Positions 9,481-19,678 of a DNA stretch of 32,000 nt are shown piece by piece. A program made the position numbers and the translations under genes. Origin of the DNA: Raphidiopsis brookii D9 (GTDB lineage: Bacteria > Cyanobacteriota > Cyanobacteriia > Cyanobacteriales > Nostocaceae); NCBI GenBank assembly GCA_000175855.1, contig ACYB01000040.1:22454-54453 (forward strand), written 5' to 3'. Each line of letters starts with the position of its first letter. The first letter of the stretch is position 1. Below the pieces are notes generated by a model. It saw only the letters and a list, made by a program, of their open reading frames with translations. It had not been told where the DNA came from and did not search any database.

Positions 9481-10636
9481 AACACTAGTTTCTCATCTCA
9501 CAAGTTATTTAATGACTGACTTAATTATGAAAAGCATCATGAACAGTGTAAATGGTTGGCAAAATGAAGATCAACTAACTAGAAATATATCTGTAAGTCG
9601 TTCTTTGTTTGTCCTGGGCTATAGTTTTTTAGTTTTATCACTTACACTCTTTGGTTGCAATGGTTCTGGGAGTAACACATCGGTTAGTAATACGGACAGT
9701 AAAACTAATGGTTCCAGTAGCAATCAAAAAGTAATCAAAATAGTTCGTTCCAAACAACTCACCGCTCTAGCAGTATTAGAAAAGCAAGGTACTCTGGAGA
9801 AAAAATTGCAACCTTTAGGTTACAAAGTGGAGTGGCCAGAATTTGCCGCTGGACCACAGCAATTGGAGGCTTTAAATGCTGGTGGATTAGATATTGCTGC
9901 TACTGCTGAATCACCACCTGTTTTTTCTCAAGCTGCTGATGTACCCCTTGTTTATTTGGCTGCTAACTCTTCAGATGGACAAGCTATTTCTTTGCTGGTG
10001 CCAACTAAATCACCAGTGAAAACCCTTAAAGACTTGAAAGGTAAAAAAATTGCTTTTCAAAAAGCCTCTATCGGGCATTATTTAACTGTGAGGGCTGTGG
10101 ATAAGGAGGGATTAAAACTAAGTGATGTTGAATCTGTATTTTTACCTCCCCCAGATGCCAATGTAGCTTTTAGTCAAGGCAAAGTAGATGGTTGGTTTAT
10201 TTGGGAACCTTTTGTAACCAGGAATGTGCAAAACAAAGTTGGTCGTGTTTTATTAGATGGGGGTAACGGTCTGAGGGATACCAACAATTTTTACTCGACA
10301 AACCGTAAATTCTATCAAGAGAATAAACAGGCAATCAAAATTTTCTTGGAAGAGCTGCAAAAAGCACAAGTTTGGTCTAAAAATCATCCCAAAGAAATTG
10401 CCCAACTATTAGCTTCTGTGACGCAACTTGATCCTCCAACCTTAGAAAAAATGCACAGCAAGTATGATTTTTCTCTTGTGCCTATTACAGAATCAATAAT
10501 TAATAAACAACAGCAAGTTGCCGACAAGTGGTACAGCTTGGGATTAATACCTAAAAAGGTTAACGTTAGAGATGGTTTCTTGACACCTAAAGAATACGAA
10601 GAAATCACACCGCAAGAAGTGTTAGGTTCCAAATAA
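9473..10636 (+). CDS. ssuA: Aliphatic sulfonate ABC transporter substrate-binding lipoprotein (SsuA paralog 1)
   Basis: 387-aa ORF (start may be downstream of 9473); lipobox-like LTLFGCNGSG; binding-protein core ...KIVRSKQLTALAVLEKQGTLEKKLQPLGYKVEWPEFAAGPQQLEALNAGGLDIAATAESPPVFSQAA.... Confidence 0.88.
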   Translation: MLKTLVSHLTSYLMTDLIMKSIMNSVNGWQNEDQLTRNISVSRSLFVLGYSFLVLSLTLFGCNGSGSNTSVSNTDSKTNGSSSNQKVIKIVRSKQLTALAVLEKQGTLEKKLQPLGYKVEWPEFAAGPQQLEALNAGGLDIAATAESPPVFSQAADVPLVYLAANSSDGQAISLLVPTKSPVKTLKDLKGKKIAFQKASIGHYLTVRAVDKEGLKLSDVESVFLPPPDANVAFSQGKVDGWFIWEPFVTRNVQNKVGRVLLDGGNGLRDTNNFYSTNRKFYQENKQAIKIFLEELQKAQVWSKNHPKEIAQLLASVTQLDPPTLEKMHSKYDFSLVPITESIINKQQQVADKWYSLGLIPKKVNVRDGFLTPKEYEEITPQEVLGSK

Positions 10637-10657
10637 ATTTTTGTAAGGAGCAAATCC

Positions 10658-11706
10658 ATGAATTTTAATTTCCCATTACCTCGACGTACAGCTATCAAGA
10701 AGTTTGTTAAATATTCAGCCCTAGGCGCTCTACTTTTTACTCTTCCTATCACAGGCAATATTGTCCAGGCTGAAAATCCTCGTCTTGCAAATAAAACTGG
10801 CATTCAGACCAAAGTGGTGAGAATGGCTTACCAAACTTCTGGGGATATTGTTAAAATCAAGGGGGTGGTAGATAAACGCCTACAATCTTTAGGTATACAA
10901 GTTGAATGGTCTCCTTTTCCTGCAGGTCCCCAATTAATGGAGGCTATGAATGCCAACAGAGTTGATATTGGCACCGTGGGAGAAACTCCACCGATTTTTG
11001 CCCAAGCCGCCGGGGCTCAACTTACATATATTGCGGCGCGTAAACCAAGTAGGGGTGAAGGTAGTGCAATTGTTGTTCAGAAAGATTCCCCCATCAAAAC
11101 CCTTAAAGATTTAAAGGGCAAAAAGGTTGTCTTTCAAAAAGGTTCAGCAGCACATTATTTGCTATTGAGAGCTTTGGGTGAAGTGGGCTTAAAATATGGT
11201 GATATTCAACCTGTAAGTTTGACACCAGCTGAAGCTCGTGATGCTTTTATTCAGAAAAAAATTGATGCTTGGGTAGCTTGGGATCCTTTTATTGCCTTTG
11301 TTCAACAAACTGCCAATGCCAGGGTTTTAAGAAATGCTTCGGGAATTGCCACCCAAGGAGGGTTTTATATGACCAGACGGGATTTTGCTAGGGAAAATCC
11401 TGAACTTGTCAAGATCATCTTAGAGGAAATAGATAAACTAGGACAATGGGCTGAGTCTAATCGGGATGAAGTCGTCAAAATTCTCGCACCTGAGCTGAAA
11501 ATTGATCCATCAATTTTAAAAGTGGTGGTGGGTCGTCGTACATTCCGATTGCAAAAAATAACTTCTCCTATAATTTCTGAACAACAACGCATTGCTGACT
11601 TGTTTTATAATGAGGGGTAATACCAACAAAAATTGCAGTGCGCGAGTCATTTTTAACTCCTCAACAATACACAACTATTACACCAGCAAGAATCGGGAAT
11701 AGATAA
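10658..11706 (+). pseudogene. ssuA: Aliphatic sulfonate ABC transporter substrate-binding protein (SsuA paralog 2) with apparent 1-nt deletion close to the 3' end
   Basis: The ORF ends at 11620 in ...QQRIADLFYNEG*. Inserting one T at about 11618 (GGGGTAA to GGGGTTAA) continues as GLIPTKIAVRESFLTPQQYTTITPARIGNR* ending at 11706, matching paralog 1's GLIPKKVNVRDGFLTPKEYEEITPQEVLGSK. Tat-like N-terminus PRRTAIKKF. Confidence 0.8.
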
Positions 11707-11746
11707 TCCCTTCTATTAGTTGGTTCAGAATTCTGACTGTTTAAGG

Positions 11747-11795
11747 TTCCGGGTTAGTTGAAAAGTACCGTTATTTAAAAAGCACTAACTCGGAA
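11747..11795. other. Imperfect inverted repeat / hairpin upstream of ssuC
   Basis: TTCCGGGTTAGT (11747-11758) and ACTAACTCGGAA (11784-11795); 12-nt arms with one G-T(U) pair and a 25-nt loop. Confidence 0.5.
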
Positions 11796-11856
11796 ATTAA
11801 TCTTAACCTGAATAATCTCAATTTTAACTTCTTAATCCCTCGATATCATCACAACA

Positions 11857-12720
11857 ATGATTAAAATATCCTCTGCTGAAACTGGAGACATTCCTGCCAG
11901 ATATGGAGTTATAAAAAGTCGTTCCTATTCCCGGCTGATTAAACTGGTGACTAAAAACCCTTACGTTCAATCTGCTATCCCTTGGTTAGTACCCATATCA
12001 ATTATTTTAATATGGCAACTTCTTTCCTCCCTAGGGGTAATTCCTAATCGAATTCTACCCGCTCCTTTAGCAGTACTAGCAGCAGCCATTAAACTGGGTG
12101 CATCGGGGGAGCTGTTTAGAAACATTGGTATTAGTGCAGCTAGGGCTATCTCTGGTTTTTTAGTGGGTGGCAGTATTGGCTTTAGTTTGGGCTTAATTAA
12201 TGGGATTTCTCCAATAGCGGAAAAGTTGATAGATACCTCTATTCAGATGCTGAGAAATATCCCAAATTTGGCTTTAATACCCCTGGTGATTTTGTGGTTT
12301 GGCATAGGTGATGAAGCTAGATTGTTTCTAGTTTCCTTGGGTGTCATGTTTCCTATTTATTTAAATACTTTTCATGGAATTCGCAGTGTTGATCCCGGAT
12401 TAATTGAAATGGGTAAAATTTATGGTTTAAACGCCTGGGGTTTATTTTGGCGAATTATTTTGCCAGGTGCTATGTCTTCTATTTTAGTGGGGGTTCGTTT
12501 TTCTCTGGGTATTATGTGGTTGACTCTTATTGTGGCGGAAACTATTGCTGCTGATTCTGGTATTGGTTATATGGCGATGAATGCTAGAGAATTTATGCAA
12601 ACCGACGTGGTAGTTTTAAGTATTCTACTATATGCTTGCTTTGGTAAATTAGCGGATGTTATAGCCAAATCCTTAGAAAGATATTGGTTACAGTGGAATC
12701 CAGGTTATTTCAAGACTTAG
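11857..12720 (+). CDS. ssuC: Aliphatic sulfonate ABC transporter permease (SsuC-like)
   Basis: 287-aa ORF; IWQLLSSLGVIPNRILPAP, LIPLVILWFGIGDEARLFLVSLGVMFPIYLNTFHGIR, EMGKIYGLNAWGLFWRIILPGAMSSILVGVRFSLGIMWLTLIVAE (EAA loop). Confidence 0.92.
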   Translation: MIKISSAETGDIPARYGVIKSRSYSRLIKLVTKNPYVQSAIPWLVPISIILIWQLLSSLGVIPNRILPAPLAVLAAAIKLGASGELFRNIGISAARAISGFLVGGSIGFSLGLINGISPIAEKLIDTSIQMLRNIPNLALIPLVILWFGIGDEARLFLVSLGVMFPIYLNTFHGIRSVDPGLIEMGKIYGLNAWGLFWRIILPGAMSSILVGVRFSLGIMWLTLIVAETIAADSGIGYMAMNAREFMQTDVVVLSILLYACFGKLADVIAKSLERYWLQWNPGYFKT

Positions 12721-12811
12721 AGTTAGGAAGAGTAGGACTGAGCCACCAGTTTTTCGGTAAAGAATTATTAATTTTTTACTTTGTTTATGTGATACTGGAT
12801 TTAGAATCAAG

Positions 12812-12909
12812 TACAGTTTAACGATAAAGTAACCGAAGTTAAAGGCTAAGTATGGACCAATTAAATACAGTTTAATAAAAAAGTAACCGAATTTAAAAAA
12901 GCTAAAGTA
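12812..12909. repeat. Imperfect direct repeat, two copies with 54-bp period, upstream of ssuD
   Basis: TACAGTTTAACGATAAAGTAACCGAAGTTAAAGGCTAAGTA (12812-12852) and TACAGTTTAATAAAAAAGTAACCGAATTTAAAAAAGCTAAAGTA (12866-12909). Confidence 0.8.
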
Positions 12910-12924
12910 AGTCAGTGAGGAACT

Positions 12925-14082
12925 ATGCAAATTCTTTGGTTTATTCCCACTCATGGTGATGGGCGTTATCTTGGTACCAGTATAGGTGGTCGTTCAGTTA
13001 ATTTTGATTATTGGCGACAAATTGCCCAAGCAGTGGATCAAGTGGGGTTTACAGGGGCTTTATTACCCACAGGTCGTTCTTGTGAAGATGCTTGGGTTTT
13101 AGCTTCCACCCTAGTCACACACACTAAAAAAATGAAGTTTTTAGTGGCTATCCGTCCAGGACTGATGTCACCGGGACTAGCTGCAAGGATGGCAGCAACC
13201 TTTGATAGGATTTCTGGTGGTCGGTTGTTGATTAATGTTGTGACTGGGGGCGATCCAATAGAATCAGCTGGAGATGGATTACATCTGAATCATGATCAAC
13301 GCTACCAGCTAACGGACGAGTTTTTAACTGTTTGGCGGGAAATCACGTCCGGCAAAATTAGTAATTTTGTCGGTGATTATCTTCAAATTGAAGATGGTAA
13401 GATACTATTTCCTACAGTACAAAAGCCCTATCCACCCTTATGGTTTGGTGGATCCTCCGCCATTGCCCAAGAAATTGCGGCTAAGCATGTGGATGTGTAT
13501 TTGACCTGGGGGGAAACACCTGAGCAGGTAGCAGAGAAAATTAAACGGGTTAAGAATCTGGCAGCGGAGGAGGGGAGAACATTAAAGTTTGGAATTCGCC
13601 TTCATGTAATTGTGCGAGAAACTGAAAGTCAAGCCTGGGATGCTGCCAATGACTTAATTCGTTATGTTGATGAGGATGCTATCAATAAGACCCAGCAAGC
13701 TTATGCTCGTATGGATTCTGTTGGACAACAACGAATGAGGGAGTTACATAATGGTAGTCGAGAAAACTTAGAAATTAGTCCAAATTTATGGGCAGGAATT
13801 GGGTTAGTGCGTGGTGGAGCGGGGACAGCGCTTGTCGGTGATCCTGATACCATAGCTGCACGAATGCGGGAGTATACGGATGTAGGTATTGAGACATTTA
13901 TTTTTTCCGGTTATCCCCATTTAGAAGAAGCATATCGCGTGGCAGAATTGCTTTTCCCACGGTTACCTTTAGATAATTTACCCAATGTGGAACCACAGTT
14001 GTTAAGTCCTTTTGGTGAGGTTTTGGCCAACCGTGAATTTCCTCCACAACAGGTTCAAGGTAAATTACTAACTATAGATTGA
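12925..14082 (+). CDS. ssuD: FMNH2-dependent alkanesulfonate monooxygenase (SsuD)
   Basis: 385-aa ORF: [61 protein letters not shown]...[12 protein letters not shown]...[13 protein letters not shown]...[13 protein letters not shown]; canonical SsuD. Confidence 0.97.
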   Translation: MQILWFIPTHGDGRYLGTSIGGRSVNFDYWRQIAQAVDQVGFTGALLPTGRSCEDAWVLASTLVTHTKKMKFLVAIRPGLMSPGLAARMAATFDRISGGRLLINVVTGGDPIESAGDGLHLNHDQRYQLTDEFLTVWREITSGKISNFVGDYLQIEDGKILFPTVQKPYPPLWFGGSSAIAQEIAAKHVDVYLTWGETPEQVAEKIKRVKNLAAEEGRTLKFGIRLHVIVRETESQAWDAANDLIRYVDEDAINKTQQAYARMDSVGQQRMRELHNGSRENLEISPNLWAGIGLVRGGAGTALVGDPDTIAARMREYTDVGIETFIFSGYPHLEEAYRVAELLFPRLPLDNLPNVEPQLLSPFGEVLANREFPPQQVQGKLLTID

Positions 14083-14098
14083 TAGAGGTTTTTCCAAT

Positions 14099-14683
14099 AT
14101 GGCTCACGTATTAGCTATTGCTGGCAGTCCGGCCCACCCTTCTCGAACATACGGAATTTTAGAATATGCCACTCAATTTATTTCCCAGCAGGGTTTAGAA
14201 ACACAGATTATTTCTGTCCGAGATTTACCCGCTGAGGATTTGATTTATGGCAAGTACAATAGTCCAGCCTTAGAGCGTCCAAAAGCATTGGTAGAGCAGG
14301 CTAGTGGTATTATTATTGCCACACCCATATATAAAGCTGCTTATACTGGACTTCTCAAGACTTTTTTAGATCTCTTGCCTCAGAAAGCTTTCACTGGGAA
14401 AATTTTGCTCCCTTTGGCTACTGGTGGCACTATTGCCCATCTATTAGCAATTGAGTATGCTTTGAAACCAGTTTTATTCGAACTAGGTGCCAGACATATT
14501 TTAAGTACAGTATATGCAGTAGATAAGCAAATTCAATTCCCACAAGGAGGTTCCATTCAATTTGAAGAGGAACTGGCACAGAGACTGAATGATACTCTAG
14601 CAGAGTTTGTACGGGTTGTTAACCTTGAGATTAGTAACAGTCAACAGACAAATGTCAAACAATTAGCCCACACTGGTACATAA
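14099..14683 (+). CDS. NAD(P)H-dependent FMN reductase, SsuE-like
   Basis: 194-aa ORF; LAIAGSPAHPSRTYGILEYA, GIIIATPIYKAAYTGLLKTFLDLLPQKAFTGKILLPLATGG; directly follows ssuD. Confidence 0.9.
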   Translation: MAHVLAIAGSPAHPSRTYGILEYATQFISQQGLETQIISVRDLPAEDLIYGKYNSPALERPKALVEQASGIIIATPIYKAAYTGLLKTFLDLLPQKAFTGKILLPLATGGTIAHLLAIEYALKPVLFELGARHILSTVYAVDKQIQFPQGGSIQFEEELAQRLNDTLAEFVRVVNLEISNSQQTNVKQLAHTGT

Positions 14684-14702
14684 ACTTTAAGGAGTTGGTT
14701 AT

Positions 14703-15668
14703 ATGATAGACACCAAAAAATCAGTTTGGAAAACACTCAAAAGCAACAGGCTATTTATTTTAGGTCTAGCAGTTTTTACCTGTTTTTTGATTACCCCCGT
14801 ACTGCATTTACCAGCTTTAGGAAAGGTAACCAGTAGTAAGATTCAGTTTGTTGCTCCTAACTGGGTGGCTGAAAATAGTAAGGATCCAAATCTGAGAATT
14901 TTGGATGTAAGAAATTCGCCTCTGGACTATATTGATGGACATTTGCCTGGGGCGGTTAATATTGCCGACACGGCATTTCGCGGTCCGAGAGAGGGTTTGC
15001 CAGTGCAATATTGGGAAAATCGCAAATTAGGGGAAATATTTGCTAATTCAGGTGTCACCAATAACAGTCGAGTTTTAGTTTATTCTGATGGTCGCGATGT
15101 TCTAGGCGCCAGTATGGTAGCTTATCTCCTGGAACGTTCTGGAGTTAAAGACATCGCGGTATTAGATGGTGGTTACAAGGGTTACAATGCAGCATCGCAA
15201 ACAGTGACTAAAGTGTTTCCTAAATATAAGGTAGGTCAATTCACGGTTAGGGATAATCAGACTGTGCGTGTTTCCCTAAATGAGGTCAGAAAACTAATTG
15301 GTAAGACAGGGGTGAAATTTATTGATCCTAGACCTGCAGACTTGTTCCAAGGTAAGGAAAACATTTGGGTACGCAATGGACATATCCCCGGAGCAAAGAA
15401 TATTCCCTGGCCCACTTTTACCGATCCTCAAAATCCTCACAAGCTCAAGTCCTTAGAGGAAATTAAGAAGATTCTAGCTGACAAAAAAATTGCTCCCAAT
15501 GATGATATAATAGTCTCTTGCAGCACCGGTAGAGAAGCAACATTACAATATGTTGTACTCAAGCACTTGTTAGGTTATCCCAAGGTCAGGGTTTATGAAG
15601 GTTCTTGGACTGAATATAGCACTTACTCGGATTTACCTGTTGCTACCGGACCAGAAGAAGTAAGCTAG
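14703..15668 (+). CDS. Rhodanese-like sulfurtransferase (two-domain) with N-terminal signal/anchor
   Basis: 321-aa ORF; hydrophobic N-terminus SNRLFILGLAVFTCFLITPVLHLP; NLRILDVRNSPLDYIDGHLPGAVNI; VFIDPRPADLFQG...NGHIPGAKNIPW; active-site loop CSTGREATLQYVVLKHLLGYPKVRVYEGSWTEY. Confidence 0.93.
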   Translation: MIDTKKSVWKTLKSNRLFILGLAVFTCFLITPVLHLPALGKVTSSKIQFVAPNWVAENSKDPNLRILDVRNSPLDYIDGHLPGAVNIADTAFRGPREGLPVQYWENRKLGEIFANSGVTNNSRVLVYSDGRDVLGASMVAYLLERSGVKDIAVLDGGYKGYNAASQTVTKVFPKYKVGQFTVRDNQTVRVSLNEVRKLIGKTGVKFIDPRPADLFQGKENIWVRNGHIPGAKNIPWPTFTDPQNPHKLKSLEEIKKILADKKIAPNDDIIVSCSTGREATLQYVVLKHLLGYPKVRVYEGSWTEYSTYSDLPVATGPEEVS

Positions 15669-15724
15669 TTGGTTCACAACTGTTGATTGAAAACTTCTGT
15701 TTTGTCAATTTTGGGGATTAAGTT

Positions 15725-15898
15725 ATGAAATTAACATTCTTATTTTTTGCCGGACTACTGACAGCTTTTAGTGTCGTTGCTACGGTTGAAGCTAGTCAGT
15801 TTGCAGGTGGTTCGCCACAAAACGACCTAGTAGCCTGCACTAGGACTAAAGACCGTCGGCCATCAGATAATAAGGGTGAAAATCCCTCTAGGACTTAA
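15725..15898 (+). CDS. Small secreted peptide, 57 aa, unknown function
   Basis: Below the ORF-track length limit. Translation: MKLTFLFFAGLLTAFSVVATVEASQFAGGSPQNDLVACTRTKDRRPSDNKGENPSRT*; signal peptide-like first ~23 residues; between rhodanese and YeeE on the same strand. Confidence 0.5.
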   Translation: MKLTFLFFAGLLTAFSVVATVEASQFAGGSPQNDLVACTRTKDRRPSDNKGENPSRT

Positions 15899-16007
15899 GT
15901 TGAGTTTTGTCATGGGAGGAATGTGGATATGGCTCAAAGCAAGAGTTTTTATCTAGCTTTCTCCCTTTTTTTCCTTAATGAACTACTCATGCTCTAGGTG
16001 GACTTAT

Positions 16008-17192
16008 ATGACTAGTGCCTCTGACAACATATCTTTACGGGAATTCCACTCTCTAAACCCCCGTCCTCAAAAGTTGATTGTGACCATCGCCTTGGGTGTT
16101 TTAGTTGGAGCTGCTGTTTTGTTGTACAAGTATAGCTGGAGACAAAGTGTACTATTTATTATTGGTAGTTTGTTGGGTATAGCTCTGTATAATTCGAGTT
16201 TTGGTTTTGCATCTGCCTACCGTAAACTATTGTTAAGTAAAGACGGGAGAGGTATGTACGGACAGTTGTTAATGTTGTCTGTTGCTACCCTGTTGTTTGC
16301 CCCCCTGCTATCTGCTGGCAAAGTTTTTGGACAAGAAATAGAGGGAGCGATCGCCCCTATAGGAATATCAGGGATCATAGGTGCCTTCATCTTTGGCATT
16401 GGTATGCAATTGGGAGGGGCCTGTGGTTGTGGAACTCTTTATACCATTGGTAGTGGCAGTTATACAATGATTATTACCCTAATTACTTTTTGTTTAGGGG
16501 CTTTCTATGCTACTTTAACCCACGGATTTTGGTCTGGATTACCCAAAATTCCTCCCATTGTTTTAGGTGAAACTATTGGTTGGGCACCTGCAGTACTGAT
16601 ACAATTGACCATATTATTATTATTAGCAGTGGGACTAGGGATTTGGATTAAAAACAGCAATTCCATAGCCCAAAATACTCAATTTTCTCCCTGGTCAATA
16701 TTTACAGGGGCGATCGCCCTAGCGGTGCTCAATTGGTTAACCCTGCTAATTTCCGGCCACCCTTGGCGAATTACCTGGGGATTTGCACTGTGGACAGCTA
16801 AAGTTGCCATGTATTTAGGTTGGAGTCCCTCTAGTGGGGGGTTTTGGGATGGTGACAGTTCACTATCCAGTTCCGTATTTTCCGACATTAGCTCAGTGAT
16901 GAACCTAGGTATTATATTAGGTGCTTTACTAGCTGCTGCTCTAGCTGGTAAGCTCACACCACAAATACAAATTACTCCATCAAAAACTCTTGCTAAAGTC
17001 ACTGGTGGACTATTGATGGGGTATGGAGCCTTTTTGTCCTTTGGGTGTAACATAGGTGCCTTTTTTAGTGGCATTGCATCTACCAGTTTACATGGTTGGA
17101 TTTGGATCATTTTTGCTCTTTTAGGTACCTTTGTCAGTATTAAACTGCAAGCTCTATTTGATTCTCCACTAGATTTACCACCAATGGTTTAG
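16008..17192 (+). CDS. YeeE/YedE-family sulfur (thiosulfate-type) transporter
   Basis: ORF listed from 15978, but ATG 16008 has an AGGTGG ribosome-binding-like site. Multi-TM; paired motifs GGACGCGTLYTIGSGSYTM and SFGCNIGAFFSGIAS typical of YeeE. Confidence 0.9.
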   Translation: MTSASDNISLREFHSLNPRPQKLIVTIALGVLVGAAVLLYKYSWRQSVLFIIGSLLGIALYNSSFGFASAYRKLLLSKDGRGMYGQLLMLSVATLLFAPLLSAGKVFGQEIEGAIAPIGISGIIGAFIFGIGMQLGGACGCGTLYTIGSGSYTMIITLITFCLGAFYATLTHGFWSGLPKIPPIVLGETIGWAPAVLIQLTILLLLAVGLGIWIKNSNSIAQNTQFSPWSIFTGAIALAVLNWLTLLISGHPWRITWGFALWTAKVAMYLGWSPSSGGFWDGDSSLSSSVFSDISSVMNLGIILGALLAAALAGKLTPQIQITPSKTLAKVTGGLLMGYGAFLSFGCNIGAFFSGIASTSLHGWIWIIFALLGTFVSIKLQALFDSPLDLPPMV

Positions 17193-17239
17193 ATAAATTA
17201 GATAAACACGAATATCTTAGTAACTTAGTAACAAAATAA

Positions 17240-18538
<1,299 letters not shown>

Positions 18539-18582
18539 AGCTTATATATACTATCCGTCAATTCCCCGCTGTAGGTAATCAA

Positions 18583-19641
18583 ATGAGTTATCAGCACCTA
18601 ATTTCCCCAAAAACTCACTACTATAAATTAAGTGTGCCTTACCAACTAGAGAGCGGTACAATTCTAACTGGTGTTGAAATAGCATATCGCACTTGGGGAA
18701 CATTAAATTTAAATGGCGATAATGCAATCCTAATTTGTCATGCTTTAACTGGTTCAGCAGACGCAGATATATGGTGGGAAGGTTTATTAGGCAGCAACAA
18801 AGCATTGGACAATAATAAACACTTCATCATCTGTATTAACGTTTTAGGTAGTTGTTATGGTACTACGGGAGCAACCAGTATTAATCCAGAGACAGGAATC
18901 CCCTATGGTGGAAAATTTCCGGAGATTACTATCAGAGACATGGTTCGTTTGCAAGCTATCCTACTAATTAGGGAGCTAAGAATTAAATCTCTAAAACTAG
19001 TAATTGGAGGGTCTTTGGGAGGGATGCAAGTATTGGAGTGGGCACTACTATACCCGGATATGGTACGAGCGATCGCCCCCATGGCCACCTCTGGTAGACA
19101 TTCACCCTGGTGCATTGGGTTAAGTGAGGCCCAAAGACAGGCCATTTATGCTGATCCCAACTGGTTGGGGGGAAATTACACCCCAGAAAACCCACCAAAT
19201 CGGGGATTAGCTGTAGCTCGGATGATGGCCATGAGCACCTATCGTTCTTGGGAAAGTTTCCAGGAAAGATTTGGCAGAAACTATGACCAAGTAGCGGAGC
19301 AATTTACCATAGCCAATTATCTGCAATATCATGGTCAAAAGTTAGTAGAGAGATTCGATGCTAATACCTATATTACCTTAACCAGAGCGATGGACACTCA
19401 TGACATTGCCCAAGGTAGGGAATACAAAGCAGTTCTGCAAAGTATTAAACAACCTGCTTTAATTGTTGCTATTAATTCCGATATTTTATATCCACCAACA
19501 GAGCAGGAGGAAATGGCCAATTTAATTCCCCGTGGTGAACTGGTAAGCCTAAAATCAATATATGGTCATGATGCCTTTTTAATTGACACAATAGAACTTA
19601 ATCAGTTAGTTATTGACTTTTTGACGGTAATCCCAGATTAG
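18583..19641 (+). CDS. metX: Homoserine O-acetyltransferase
   Basis: 352-aa ORF; NAILICHALTGSADA, GGKFPEITIRDMV, KLVIGGSLGGMQVLEWALLYPD (nucleophile elbow), RAMDTHD, GHDAFLID. Confidence 0.95.
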   Translation: MSYQHLISPKTHYYKLSVPYQLESGTILTGVEIAYRTWGTLNLNGDNAILICHALTGSADADIWWEGLLGSNKALDNNKHFIICINVLGSCYGTTGATSINPETGIPYGGKFPEITIRDMVRLQAILLIRELRIKSLKLVIGGSLGGMQVLEWALLYPDMVRAIAPMATSGRHSPWCIGLSEAQRQAIYADPNWLGGNYTPENPPNRGLAVARMMAMSTYRSWESFQERFGRNYDQVAEQFTIANYLQYHGQKLVERFDANTYITLTRAMDTHDIAQGREYKAVLQSIKQPALIVAINSDILYPPTEQEEMANLIPRGELVSLKSIYGHDAFLIDTIELNQLVIDFLTVIPD

Positions 19642-19678
19642 GCTTTACAGCTGCACAGTATGATTTATAAATAATCTG

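Noticed and set aside
10384-10803. 139-aa minus-strand ORF spanning the ssuA1-ssuA2 junction
   Set aside because: Antisense to two conserved substrate-binding protein genes; no recognisable motifs.
12812-12909. Possible CRISPR-like array
   Set aside because: Only two imperfect, AT-rich copies with no constant repeat/variable spacer pattern and no cas genes nearby.
12688-12954. 88-aa minus-strand ORF with internal amino-acid repeat (FGYFFIKLYLIG...FGYFIVKLYLI)
   Set aside because: The amino-acid repeat is a by-product of the 54-bp noncoding direct repeat, and the ORF overlaps both ssuC and ssuD ends.
18551-18805. 84-aa + strand ORF overlapping the metX start
   Set aside because: Overlaps the well-conserved MetX N-terminus in another frame; spurious.
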